Shown piece after piece: positions 11,760-25,189 of a stretch of 64,000 nt of DNA. Source of the DNA: the human T2T-CHM13v2.0 reference genome, Homo sapiens. The stretch lies in assembly GCF_009914755.1 (NCBI RefSeq), contig NC_060938.1. One strand, 5' to 3'. Position 1 is the stretch's first letter. Each line of letters begins with the position of its first letter. Below the pieces are notes generated by a model. It was not told where the DNA came from. It saw only the letters and a list, made by a program, of their open reading frames with translations, and searched no databases. The position numbers were made by a program, and so were the translations under genes.

Positions 11760-14700
11760 TATATATGCATATGCCATCACAGTGACTGTTCGTAATTATT
11801 CTAGGGCTCTAAGGTAAGCACATAAAGGCAGTTTTTGTATTTATTTGAAGTTTTTATTTACCTTAGAATGTACAGGCTTTCATTGGCAGAGGAGCCCCAA
11901 TTTGTCCATTACAAACAGAATTTCTTTTGAACTTGTAAGTATTCCCTACTGAAGCTGGTCTGTAGTAATTGAGAATGTTATCCACAAGAAGAGAAAGTGG
12001 AGATGAGAGGCTGAGAGAGAAAAGGTTTGGGTGGCAGCAAGTCACTGGTTCTAGACTTTGCCCACTATACCCATCCCTTCTGGGTTGTATGAACTAGTCA
12101 TTTTCCCTCTTTCTCTAAGCATATATGCATTTCTTCCTGTAACTTATAACCAAAGGAGTAATGACTAATAGAATGAAAGCTATTATATTTTAGGATGGTA
12201 TTTAACTCTAGAGTTTCAGGAAACACAGCTCATCATATATGCTTTGGGTATCTTTTTAGAGATTAGAGTTATCATGTTAATGCATTCCCTCATTCTCTTG
12301 ACCTTGAGAAGGCAATACATCCGGCCCCTCCCTCACTCACATTCTGTGTCCTACATTTGATCTTAAAGTTGTATACCTGCTATGTCAATCAAAAACTATT
12401 TAAATGATTTAGTAATAAGAGCATTTGAAAACCCTACTTGCTATCTCTTTGACCTTTTTTCTCTTCTCTTCTGCCAATCACAAATTTGCTTCTATCTGTA
12501 TGTAGAAAGAGTCCAAAATAAAGCAACCCTAATTTAAATTTCATGGAGAAGACTGGGGATCCACAAACAGTGCTTTTTTTGGTAACAGTATACCTAGTGG
12601 CGTGTACTAAAATTTCATTCTCAGAAAAATATTGATAGATATTATATGCAGATAAAATAAAACGATTGCTTTTCACTGACTACTTTGTTGGAGAAAATAG
12701 GTAAAAATGACAAAACAAATATGCAGTAAGGTAGGGGGTAAAAAAGAGAACAAGAGTAGAAACTACACATTGCAATTCTTAATATGTAACAGGATAGAGT
12801 GATTATTTTTTAAAAGTCCCTGCATACTGGGTAGAGTATTCATTTACCACAAGCAGGTTGTCATGTGATTTAGAACAGTGAACTTGCCCAAGAATTCCCA
12901 TGATCTCTTTCCATATGATAGACGGACTAGAAGCTGAAGATCAGAGTGTGAAGCTGAAGATCAGAGAAGTATGCCTTCTAAACATCAGCGGCAAGTTCCC
13001 TTTTCTCCATATCATTAAGTTCTTTCCAGGGATCAAACCCAGTAAGAAGCCTCAAGGGGACATAGGTTTTGGAAACATAGATTTGCAACTTTCCCAATTA
13101 TAGAAAAGAAAGATTGAAAGGAAACATGAAAATTTCAAATTGGAATCAATGAGAGAACTAAAACTGTTTCAAATGGGATAGGGGAGGGAGTAGGCACAGA
13201 TAACCATTACCAGAAATTGTAAACTGGGGAGTAGAAAGCAAGATGAATACCTCTTCCATTATGTCCAGACAATTTCTTTACAGCTTACAAAAACTGAAAC
13301 ACAGAAAAAAAAGTCCTTAGTCCTTATAACAAGTAAATTAACAGTGTTTTGAAGAAGAAAGAAGTCCAACAGGAAAAAGTGATGAATATAATCAGATTTC
13401 TTCTAAAGTTTCTGACATTACTGCATGGAGACCCTAGTTTGATTGTCTTTGGAGCAACAGCAAGCCTGTGGGTTACCCAGATACATGGTCTCTGAAAGGT
13501 CACCTTGGACACGACCTAGTTGACCATGTGATCTGTGGAGAGATAGTCTTTATGGGATGTGGTTGGCTGCAGTGTTGATTCTTTTTCCAAACTCAGATGC
13601 CTTCCAGAGAGAGCACATGTTTCTGGATTTAAGAAACAAGTAGTGACATGGACCATTCTGCCATAGACAGTGAGAAGTAGCATACATTTTTTTAGCCTTC
13701 ACACATCTCAGTTCAACCACAATAGATGGATGTGTTAGCAGTTGAAGGATCAGGATTCTCTTTTCTTGATGAAGAAGAAAGTACAGTAGAGGGAGTTATG
13801 TGAGAGTTAGTGGAAGGGCACAAGTCATAGCCTTGTGGGAGAAGCACTCCTCTGAAATCTCTCCCAGTTTTTTCATGAACTCCAAAATAGCACTAAAGAA
13901 CAGAGAGAAGCCAAAGATCAAATTAAGCTGTCTGCATGGGGTCGACTGGAGCACAAGGTAGGCAGTCAACTTTAAAACCTTGGAGAATAGAAACAAGAAT
14001 TTCAAATCTGTCTTTGGTCAAAATCATGATATGAATGAAACTTCTTTCTGAGATCCTTCATACTATAGTATCCTTTTAATAATTCCTCGTTCAGTATGTA
14101 AAACCCTTAAACATAATTTATCTTGGAAGGTACAACATAAAAATGAAGATTGAATTAATGATAGGAGTTGGAACAATAAAACGTAATTTATGAAGAGAGA
14201 GTTTATTTTCCTGCTAAAGACTACAGAAATTGATTTTAACAATAGAATAAAATAAAAATGTCCAAGTGGTTACATTTTTAAAATAAAACTTGTAGGAAGT
14301 TTATGTGATGAGGGTTCACATTTTAAGTTCAAAACTTAAAACATTAATACCTTGCAACTCAGCTGAAGGTGAAAAATTACGTTACATAGGAAGGGTTATG
14401 ACATTTGTCTTTCTTCTCAGTGGGGGAGTCTGGCTTCTGCTGGAACCCCACTCGGGAAAGTTACTCCTGAATACAACCTGTAACCATCACCACAGGGTAC
14501 ACTGATAAAAGGTGGCATGGAGACTCGTAAATAGAAGGAATCATTTCTAGGGTAGAAAATAAGGCAAAATAATGACTTTATTATTAGTCTTTTTGAAGGG
14601 AATAAAAAAAGTGATAAAGACTCTTACTTAAAAAGAGCAAGTAAGTAATTAAAGAATAAGAATTCTTGACTAATAGTAATAAACTTGGTCCTTGCTGGCC

Positions 14701-15139
14701 AAACAGACTTAGATCATCAAAGCCTAGGAGAAACCATTCAGAAGAGAAACGTTTCTGTTAGCTGAGGACTTTCTTCAGAAACTTAAAAAGCAAAATGTTT
14801 ATTTAGGAATGCTACCATGTATAATTAACTCATGGTATATGTAAATATTTTTAAGTTAATTGTGTATTTACCCATCTTGGAGATGCTTTAGTAATTGTTA
14901 ATAAGACCTTATATTGTTGATGAAGTTACCATTTAGAGAACTAATCTAGGCATAATAATGAGAAGACATATGACTAAAGGAGTCAAGACTCTGGCACCTA
15001 GAGTAGTAAAAGACATATGAACAATATCCTTTATAAAATATGTCTTATCAAAGCTTATTTCCATCTGAGAGTGATAGCATTTTGCCATTTTAAGAGGGAG
15101 CTCATTATATCATCAGTAAAAGCTGATTATCAATATCGA

Positions 15140-15368
15140 TTCACTGCAACCTCTGCCTCTCGGGTTCAAGCAATTCTTATACCTCAGCCTCTGGAGTACT
15201 GGGATTACAGGCACTCACCACCACATCCAGCCAATTTTCATATTTTTTGTAGAGATGCGGTTTCACCATGTTGGCCATGTTGAGGTTGAACTCCTGACCT
15301 CAAGTGATCTGCTCACCTTGGCCTCCCAAAGTGCTGGGATTACAGGTGTGAGCCACCACTCTGGGACC
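15140..15368 (-). mobile_element. Alu (S/J) lacking its 3' end and A-tail
   Basis: Begins at TCACTGCAACCTCTGCC with no poly-T; 5' monomer present. Confidence 0.9.
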
Positions 15369-15499
15369 TCTCATCACCTCTTAAACCATAAGTCTGGAAC
15401 TGCTGAATGTGTATTTCCAAATTTTAATTGAACTTGAATCAACAAATTACCACTGAGAAAGCGGGTGGGGGACTTCTAGAGGTAAACGTAGTATCACAG

Positions 15500-17800
15500 T
15501 TAGTGATGAAAGACTGAATGAATTATTTCCCTTTAAGATTAAGAACAAGACAAGAACATCTACTCTTACCATTTTTATTCAACATGGTACTGAAATTCTA
15601 AGCCAGCACAATAATGCAAGAAAAATAAAAGGGCACAGAGTGAAAAAAAGATATAAAACTGCTTATATTTGCAGGCATATAATTGCACAGAATTTCCTGA
15701 GGAATCTACAAAAATTCCTAGAACTAATAAATGAGTTCAGTATGGTCACAGGATGAAAGAAGAACACACAAAAATCAGTTATATTTCTATATACTAAAAA
15801 TGAGAGAAAATCAAATTAAAAACTCCAATGCTATTTATTGCTCCAAATAAATACTTAGTTCTAAATCTAACAAAATATGTATAAGATCTGTAGGCTGAAT
15901 TACAAAATAATGAAAGAATCATAGAAAACTAATTGGAAGAAGTTTCTGTGTACATGGATTGGAAGGCACAGCGTAATAAGGATGGCAGTTCTCCCCAGAT
16001 TGATGTGTAGGATTAGAACAATTGCTGTACAACTCCAAAAGGTTTTACTAGACATAAAAATGCTTATTCCAAGGTTTGTGTGGAAGGGCAAAGGGCTGAA
16101 AATAGCTAACACAATACTGAAAGAAATGAAAAGAATCACTCTCTCCAATATTAAGGCTTACAATATAGCCATACTAATCAGGAGATTGTGGTATTGGCAG
16201 AGAGATAGACACATAGATCAATGAAACACAATAGAGAGCCCAGAAATATACCCACACATTTGTGCCCTAGTGATTTTTCTTTAATAAAGGCACAAAAGCA
16301 ATTCGATAGAGAAACCATAGCCTTTTCAACAATGCTGCTGAAGTGATTGGATATGCACAGGCAAAAAATAAAAAAATAAAGAATAAATAAAGTAAATAAA
16401 ACAAACATACAAAACATTTTCAAAATGTTTTTGAAACCTTCTAAACCTTCCAGTTTACTCAAAATTTAAGTCAAATAACTCAAAATGGATCACGGACTTA
16501 AATGTGAAATGTAAAAGTTAAAAAGTTTTTAGAAAAAACCAGAAAGTTTGCAGGACTTAAAGCTAGGTGAAGAGCTTTTATATTTGGTGCAAAAGCATCA
16601 CGATCCATTAAAAGAAAGACAATTTGGACCTCATCAGAAGTAAAACTTGAAGGAAACTGTGAAGGGGATGAAGACACCAGGTACAGACTCAAAGAAAATA
16701 CTTGCAATCTACATATCCAACAAAGGCCTTGTATCTAGAATATATTAAAGAATTATCACAATACAATGGTTTAAAAAAACAATTCAGGTAGAAAATGGAC
16801 AAAAGACATGAAAAGACCTTTCACTTAAGAGGACATAGAGATGGCAAATAAATACGTGAAAAAAATCATTAACCATTAGGGAAATGCAAATTTAAACCAA
16901 ATTGTGATGTCACTACACATCTTTATAATGGCTAAAATGAAAAAGCTGTTACACCAATACTGGCAAAGATGTGGAGAAACTAAATTACTCACACATTGCT
17001 GATGTCAACATAAAATGTTATTATTACTCTGAAAAATAGTTTGTTAGTTTCTTGTAAAACTAAAGTTACAATTACCATATGACTCTGCAATTAGACTCTT
17101 GAGATTTTATCCATAAAAATAAAAACATAGTCACACAAAAATCTGCACGTGAACGTTCATAGCAGCTTTATTCATAATAGTCAATACTTGGAAAGAATAC
17201 GGATGCTCTTAAATGGTGAATGAGAAAACTGCGGTACATACATACCATGGGTTGTTAGGCATCCACATAAAGGAATGAATTCTTGATATCTGCAATAACC
17301 TGCATGAATTGCTAGGGGGTTTTGAGTTAAAAGTCAATCTTAAAAGATTATATACTGTATGATTTCATTTATATAGCATTGTTGAAATAACAAAATTATA
17401 GAGACGGAGAACAAGTTAGTGATTGCCAGGGTTTAGGGATATAGAGAGGGTAGTAAGTGTAGTGTTAAACAGGTAGTAAGAGGGAGGTTTGTAGTGAGGA
17501 AACAGTTCTTTTGATGATAGTGGTGGTTACACAAAGCTACCTACGTGATAAAATCACACAGAATTACATAGCCACATGTGCATGTGCACAGATGAGTGCA
17601 TGACATACAGAAATGAGTACACGTAAATCTTGTGAAGCCTGAATAAGATTGTTGGGTTTAACAATGTCAATTTCCTATTTTAATAGCTCTATAAGGTATT
17701 ACCACTGGAGGAGACTGGGTGAAGGGTGCATAGGACCTCTCTGTACATTTTTTAAGACAAATTCTTGTGAATATATAATTATTTAAAAATCATAAGTTAA
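15500..17800 (+). mobile_element. L1MC1/2-like LINE-1, 3' part of ORF2 plus 3'UTR
   Basis: ORF2-like peptide at 15982-16224 (..LWYWQRDRHIDQ) and an L1MC-type 3'UTR ending about 17800. Confidence 0.85.
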
Positions 17801-18184
17801 TGAAATTTCTCAAAGATTATATGTATTATTCTCCAATTCTGATAAGTGTTGCATACAGTTTAAATCATGAAACAAATAGGTAATATAATCAAACAGCATT
17901 TGCCTTTAAAAGCTAGAGGGGTGACTTGATAGGCTTGTTTTGGTATAAATAGTCATATAGCATACCTTGCATTGAGAAAAATTATATGAATAATCAAAAT
18001 GTAAAGAAAAGGCAAACTTCTCTGAAAGGTGAATTAGCAGATATAAGTACTTCAGCTGAAAAGAGAACCTAAGCGCTCTGTCATGCTAGACAAATTAAAA
18101 CTCTATTTTAAAGTCTAGCTGTGGGATAATAAATGTGTTAAATACTTTGTATACTAAGCATGGAGAGAATAAGGACTGATTTTA

Positions 18185-18551
<367 letters not shown>

Positions 18552-18789
18552 TAGTTATTAGGTAAAATGCAATTCCACTCAGCACTTGGTTTCATACACC
18601 TGATAATCTCTAAATAATATTCTCTGTTTAGATACAGTGATGGTTTCTTGATTGTGAGTCCATAGCTTTTATATATTTTTTGCATGGTCTAAAAACCTTT
18701 CAACCCCAATTTAAGACCTTACTAAACAACAGATACTTTTTTCTATGGTCTTGAATATGATCTTTAAATAGTCCTAGAAGATTGTCAGT

Positions 18790-18915
18790 AGTATTCTCGT
18801 TGTGCAGCTTAGAGAACTAAGGCTCAGAGGTTAGATGCCTTGCCCAGTGTCCACACAATTAGCAATAAGTGGTATATTCAGGAATAAAACTCTAGTTTTA
18901 TTCTAGTCTGACTCC
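18790..18915 (-). mobile_element. MIR fragment
   Basis: GAGAACTAAGGCTCAGAGGTTAGATGCCTTGCCCAGTGTC. Confidence 0.65.
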
Positions 18916-19964
18916 ACAACACACTTCCTTTTTTCTTTCCTCTATTTCCTACAGAGTCCCCCTCTGGGGGCTGTGAGTGAGAAGGTTGCCAATAATACTT
19001 AGTAAGCATAACTCATATAACCATGAATTTCAACTTCAGGTGCAATTGGTTACACAATGTGAATTTCCTGATCAATGGCTCCATACCTATGACATAGTAA
19101 TAATGAAATACATATGCATCATGCTATTTTCTCAAAGCATGTCATGTCATGTCATGTCACAGTTATAGTTAACTGTGATATCCACGTTCTGGGATTTTCT
19201 TATAGGAGCCAGCTTACTAACAACCAGTACACAATGAAACTCTTTCTCCTAGAAACAGACGTGAACCCACAGGGTCATTTTAGGGTATGGCTTTCCTAAT
19301 GTCAGTGACCTGGTTTAATATTATTCTACAGTGTTTGTAATATGTTAACTTTCAAGGTGGCCGAGTAAAGGATGTACTGGACTTCCTGTACATTTCTCTG
19401 CAATGTCCCTCAGATTCTATAGTTATTGCGAAGTAAAAGTTACAAAACCAACAATTGTTTGGCACATAATTGAACTCAGGTCAGTTATCTGAATATGTGG
19501 TTTCCTACTAAATGTGGCACTAGACTATGTGTTTTAGTTTCACATAAGTGGTACAGATGAGAAATGCTTCCATGAGTTGGAAGAGACCATTGAGAGGTTA
19601 GAGTCATGAGAGACAAGGTTTCATGAAAAACAGATATTTGAGTTAGACCTTGAAGAGTATCATTTTTCTTAGCACATTAGCGTTAAGAAAGGCAAGAATG
19701 ATTAGATAAGAGTGGGAGCAAATAAAAAGGGGAGGAAATGGGTGTGGTAGGCAGAACAGAAATGGACCAGAGGAATCAGCTTATGAGAAGCCGGGAGAGA
19801 CAAGGAGGGCTCTGCCTGTTCCTAAATTGTCTATGAGAAGTCGGTGGAGATGGAAAGGCCCCGATACAGGACTTCTGGAGGAAAAGCTCCCCTGTTCCAT
19901 ATTGAAAAGATCATCCTATGGTCTTTTCTTTTTTAAGGAAAAAGTAATAAAGTTGTAATGGTTT

Positions 19965-20125
19965 TTACTGCCTGGGCTCACCTCCCACCTCCACTTGTTA
20001 CCAGCTGAGTGGCTTGTACAAGTTTTGACCTTCCTAAACTTCAGTTTCCATATCTGTAAAATTATGGTAATAGTATTTCCTCAAAGAATCATTGTAAGCA
20101 CAAATAACAAATGTTCAGATGATTG
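19965..20125 (+). mobile_element. MIR fragment
   Basis: ACTGCCTGGG...CTTCAGTTTCCATATCTGTAAAAT. Confidence 0.7.
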
Positions 20126-20542
20126 CTTCAAAAATGTTCAATTAATGGAGATGGCATTGATGATAATGATTCCTTTCTCCCCAATAACTATGTTTTTTTG
20201 TGGTGGGAGTACAACTTTCCAGAATTGAGGACCTGCCATATTAAGACTTAGGTCTGCCATAAAATGTGAGATATTATTAAAATCTTGATGTTATTGTGGT
20301 TCTCTCTCCTTTCTTGGACTAGCCATACTTTGGTTTCTTTTTCCCGGACAATACACACATTGCACTCAGTTCTTGTCCCGTTTTTGACCTGCTTCATTGC
20401 TGCTAGGTAGTTTCATACACTAACACTTCCATGGGTTGGCAAAGATTACTGCTTTTAATTAAGACATTGGTCAGTAATTAGGACTTCTTGGTAAAATCAA
20501 ATCACAAGCAAAATTTGACATACTTAATAGGCTCATGGTGAG

Positions 20543-21123
20543 TGTATTAGTTAAGATTATTTGTTCCTGGCTATATAAATACAACCGACTGATTTAAACC
20601 AAGGGAAATGTATGGCTAGAATATTGCATGGCTCCTTGGATCATCAGGAACAGTGGACACAGAGGATAAGAAAACAGGCAGAAAGGAAATGAGGTAGATA
20701 GCATTCCAACCCTTTGCCAAGGCTATACCAGAGTGTCAGTCCAATGAAGCCACTGCTGCTCTGGTACAGATCACAGCTTGCCACCTCCTGTCCTACTATC
20801 CCTGGATGCTACTGCAGACATGTCTTCTATGACTGCCCCAGCCATTAGATGTCTCTACCCAGTCATGACAGCAGAAAATAATTCTTCATTACCACTGTTT
20901 CTAAGTTACGAATTCCATATTAAAATGCTAGCAGGATGTACCCATATCTGAGCCCAAGTTTAGTTCTCAAGCACTAGCTGCAGAAAGGGCTGGCAAAGTG
21001 AGAAACTTTGGCAGCTTCTGTGGTAAGAAGTAGGCTGTGTCTTCTACAAGTTTCATGAGATAGAGAATTCCCTAAACTTAAAGGAATGCTGGGAAGTCTA
21101 CAATTGGTAAATTTCCATCTAGA
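20543..21123 (-). mobile_element. Old MaLR LTR (MLT1K-O group)
   Basis: TGTATTAGTTAAGATT...CCGACTGATTTAAACCAAGGG start and GGAATGCTGGGAAG near the other end. Confidence 0.5.
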
Positions 21124-21419
21124 AAGGTAGAAACGGGAGCCCTATGGGAGGGCAGTGATTCTTAAAATCAGAGTGTATTAGTGGTTGTTCTTATTTTTAT
21201 CTATGTAATGAGTCTGCTTCTCTTGCACTTTGTTTCTTTACAATATTCCTAAGAAGAGTCTCATTATGACCTCAATAACACAGTTGATAAATGAGGTTTT
21301 TTAAATTGGTTGTTCATAGCTAGATTTTCAGCTCTCACTCTCTCTTTTATATCCCTAGTATTTGTATAGAATGAAATATGAGGAGCAATTGAAGCAGAAA
21401 TTAATCGATGGAATTCCAA

Positions 21420-21630
21420 GTAGGAAGGAGCTGAGTTCAGATGCCAGCCCTGTCACTATCTAGTTGTGTGATTGGCAACATCATTTAATCTTTCTAGACC
21501 TTAGTTTTCTTCTCTATAAGATGGGGATATTATTACCCAATTTGAAAACTGATCCAAAGTTTAAAAGATTGCTTTTAAATTAACCTGGTAGAATGCCTAG
21601 CATAAAACAAAATATTAGATAACTAACAAA
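21420..21630 (+). mobile_element. MIR SINE
   Basis: GAGTTCAGATGCCAGCCCTGTCACT...CCTTAGTTTTCTTCTCTATAAGATGGGGAT. Confidence 0.7.
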
Positions 21631-24127
21631 TGATAACTTTTTTGTTATTTTTGTCTTCCTCTCTTAGAGAGTCATTGGCTACAAGGACTTTAGTGTATCT
21701 GCAATGCCTACAAATATTTTCTTTTTCTTGTTTCTCCTTCAGTCCCTCCTAGTTCCATTGTTTGCTGTGATAGCTACTGAGCTTTGTTTGATTGGCTACA
21801 GTAGTCAGACATCCAGAAAGATTGTAGTCTGCCATCCAGAAGATTTATTCTTCCTGTTGGACAAGGATGAAGCTATCCATAGCACTTGGGAAGAAGTCTT
21901 TCTTACTAGAAAAACAAAACAAAACAACAAAAAAGGAAAAGAAGTAAAGATTGGGAAGGGATGTGTCTTGTAGATCTGCTAGTGAGCAGCATATCACCAA
22001 TAGAGCTGGACAAAACTAGCAATATGTTACCATTGAAGCTGGTAACACTTTATCTAGAGGAATGCACTACACAAATAACTTGCAACTCTGTAATGCCCGA
22101 CTACATTCCTGGAAAGCTGAATGGCAACCTGAAACTCTCTTCTCTGTTTACCCATGTAAATCTGTCCAAGGGAACTCAGGTCTCAGCAGCTTATTTTCTT
22201 ATTAATAAAAGCACAGAGTGATATGAAATTAACATATGTATCAACAGAAGCACAGATTGCATAAAGAGATCAGAATTCTCTCAGGATGATTCTGCCCATT
22301 AAGATAACTGCAGGGCATAATATTTCATTATGTGCATTCTAATTGAGGAAATAAACTTTCATTTTCTCTATTTTTGATATCAGCATTTGAGAATATTGAG
22401 ACAATTTAGAATAAGCTCTGGCTTGTATAGACTTGAAAAGAAAATGAAATTTGTTTTTAAGCACTTACACATTGAACAGTAGCTCTTAGAAAATTTGTTA
22501 ACCTGGGTCATATTTACACTCCTATTGCCAAACCAATGATTCGCTACTTAGGATGAATTTATGGTCCTTTCATTACTTAACAGTTATTTGTGTCTTAAAC
22601 TAAGAAAGACAGTACCTAAATATAGAAAGTGTGTGCAAATGAGCCTGTATATGAATTTTAGTTTGTAGTTGTAATGGAGTATCTAACTCAACATGAAAAA
22701 CTGGAGTTCCTAGGGCACAGGATTTAATCTAACAAATAATTATCTTTCTCAATAGTACCATAAAGAGAACCCTAATTAATGTGCTAACAGCTACTCCCTG
22801 TTTACAGGGCATTATCTCAGGTCTTGAGCTGTAACAAATATACATGAAAATTAATGCTCACAGAGCAGAGAAAGAATACATTTAATTGCTAGAACTATGC
22901 TTGTGAGACATTTCAATCAGAGACAGCACAAGAAGGGAATCTTAAAAAGTTATCTCCTTGAAGTCCAAGCCTAAAATGAGCTATTCCTTATAAAATAATT
23001 TACTGTTTTGTTATCTACAGACATAACCCAGAGGTCATCTCCAATTCCTCCTGGAATTAAATAACCTTGGAATCTTACACATTAGGGACCCTGGAGGTCA
23101 CTAGTCCAATCCATATCTTAGATATGGGTCCTTGACAGATGGTTTTTTAATCACTAATGGGATCTATCCAGTGTTAGGAAGCTCACTGGCTCTTAAAGCA
23201 AACTTTCCCAGATAAACAGTTTAACAATGAACATGTATTATTCTAAATTATTTTCTTGAAATGTGGCCTGATTTTTTTCTTTGTTCTAGCTTCTGAAGCC
23301 GTTTAGAAGAAGCGTAGACTATTTTTATCCATAGTAGCCCTTCAACTTTAAGTTGAAATATATAAACATGTTTCTCCCATATTGTCAAACCACATATTTC
23401 CTTCTTTTTCAAATGTTACTAGTATATTCTGGTTTTCTAGAATTAAAATATCATGGGGCCTCCACTTCCAGCAATGTTGGCTTAGGTAAACTTGCTATTG
23501 AAAGCAACTTATCATTTTGGAGGGGAAAATTGAAATATTTTCCAAAATATGTCAAAATACTAACAATATGATCAGAGCAGAGGTTGAGAACCTAGAAGGG
23601 TCAGTAAAATACTTGGACAGCTTTTACCCTGGGGTCACTTATCAATGCATAATACACAGGCTGAGACACTAGGCCATACTTCTGGTGACCCTCAATTGGA
23701 TAGGGAGACAAAACCCAGTATCTGGGACTCAACAATGGTACAGATTCTAGAAAATATCCTTCGTTTGGCTTTAAGATCTTTCATTTAAACATAAGGGCAG
23801 ACTAGAAATAAACAAACCCTAGGATGGTATACAAGCCCTGCTTCATATCATCTGGGTTCCCTAGAAAATCTTAAGACTTTAACATATATAAAGATGATCC
23901 TGAACTGTTAGTTCCCCACGCATCTGACTGAGGCAAATGAAAAATAATCCCTGTCAGAAAATATTATCATTTTATAATTCAAATTATTTCTACAAATAAC
24001 TTTTCAAATGCAGCCTTTAATGATTCGTTAAAAATAACTAGGCACATGAGAAGACAAGATAACAGGTGCAAAAACATAAGAAAAACAGACAAAGGTAACA
24101 TAGAGATTAGAAATAATTGGAATTATC

Positions 24128-24598
24128 CAGTCTATCACTGATGGGCATTTGGGTTGGTTCCAAGTCTTTGCTATTGTAAAAACTACTGCAGTAAACATAT
24201 GTGTGCATGTGTCTTTATAGTAGAATGATTTATAATCTTTTGGGTATATACCCAGTAATGGAATTGCTGCGTCAAATGGTATTTCTGGTTCTAGGTCCTT
24301 GAGCAATCGCCACACTGTCTTCCACAATGGTTGGACTAATTTACCCTCCCACCAACAGTGTAAAGTATTCCTATTTCTCCACAGCCTCACCAGCATCTGT
24401 TGTTTCCTGACTTTTTAATGATTGCCATTCTAACTGGTGTGAGATGGTATCTTATTGTGGTTTTGATTTGCATTTCTCTAATGACCAATGATGATGAGCT
24501 TTTTTCATATGTTTGTTGGCCACATAAATGTCTTCTCTTAAGAAATGTCTGTTAACCTTCGCCCACTTTTTGATGGGGTTATTTTTTTCTTGTAAATT
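24128..24598 (-). mobile_element. L1PA (8-10-like) inverted 5' segment of a twin-primed insertion
   Basis: Antisense ORF2 C-terminus ([17 protein letters not shown]...TIAKTWNQPKCPS) joined to a sense 3'UTR. Confidence 0.92.
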
Positions 24599-24907
24599 CA
24601 GCAAACACAGGAACAGAAAACCAAACACCACATGTTCTTACTCATAAGTGGGAGTTGAACAGTGAGAACTCATGGACAAAGGGAGGGGAACATCACACAC
24701 CAGGGCCTGTCAGGGGATGGGGGGCAAGGAGGGGGAGAGCATTAAGACAAACACCTAATGCACACGGGGCTTAAAACCTAGATGACCGGTTGACAGGTGC
24801 AGCAAACCACCATGGCACATGTATACCTATGTAACAAACCTGCATGCTCTGCACATGTATCCCAGAACTTAAAGTAAAATTAAAAACCAAAAAACACAAA
24901 CCAAAAA
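24599..24907 (+). mobile_element. L1PA (8-10-like) 3'UTR and A-rich tail
   Basis: Canonical L1PA 3'UTR; TSD AGAAATAATTGGAATTATC (24109-24127) / AGAAATATTAGAATTATC (24908-24925). Confidence 0.92.
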
Positions 24908-25189
24908 AGAAATATTAGAATTATCAGACATAGATTATAAAACCAAAGTCCTTATTAAGTAAAAGTAGGTAAAAGCAAAGTATAAAAATAAGGGAACTGG
25001 AAACTATAAAAAGTGGTATATACTGTATTTTAAAAAGAAACAAAAATAAATTCTAGAACTGTAAAAACAGAACATTAAAGGAGTTATTATAACTAGATCC
25101 CTTATGTTCAAGAAGACAGAAAAAAGGATAAACATGTTAAGGCACTACGTAAAAGAATAAAGACCCAAATAGAACATCTAGAGATGAAA

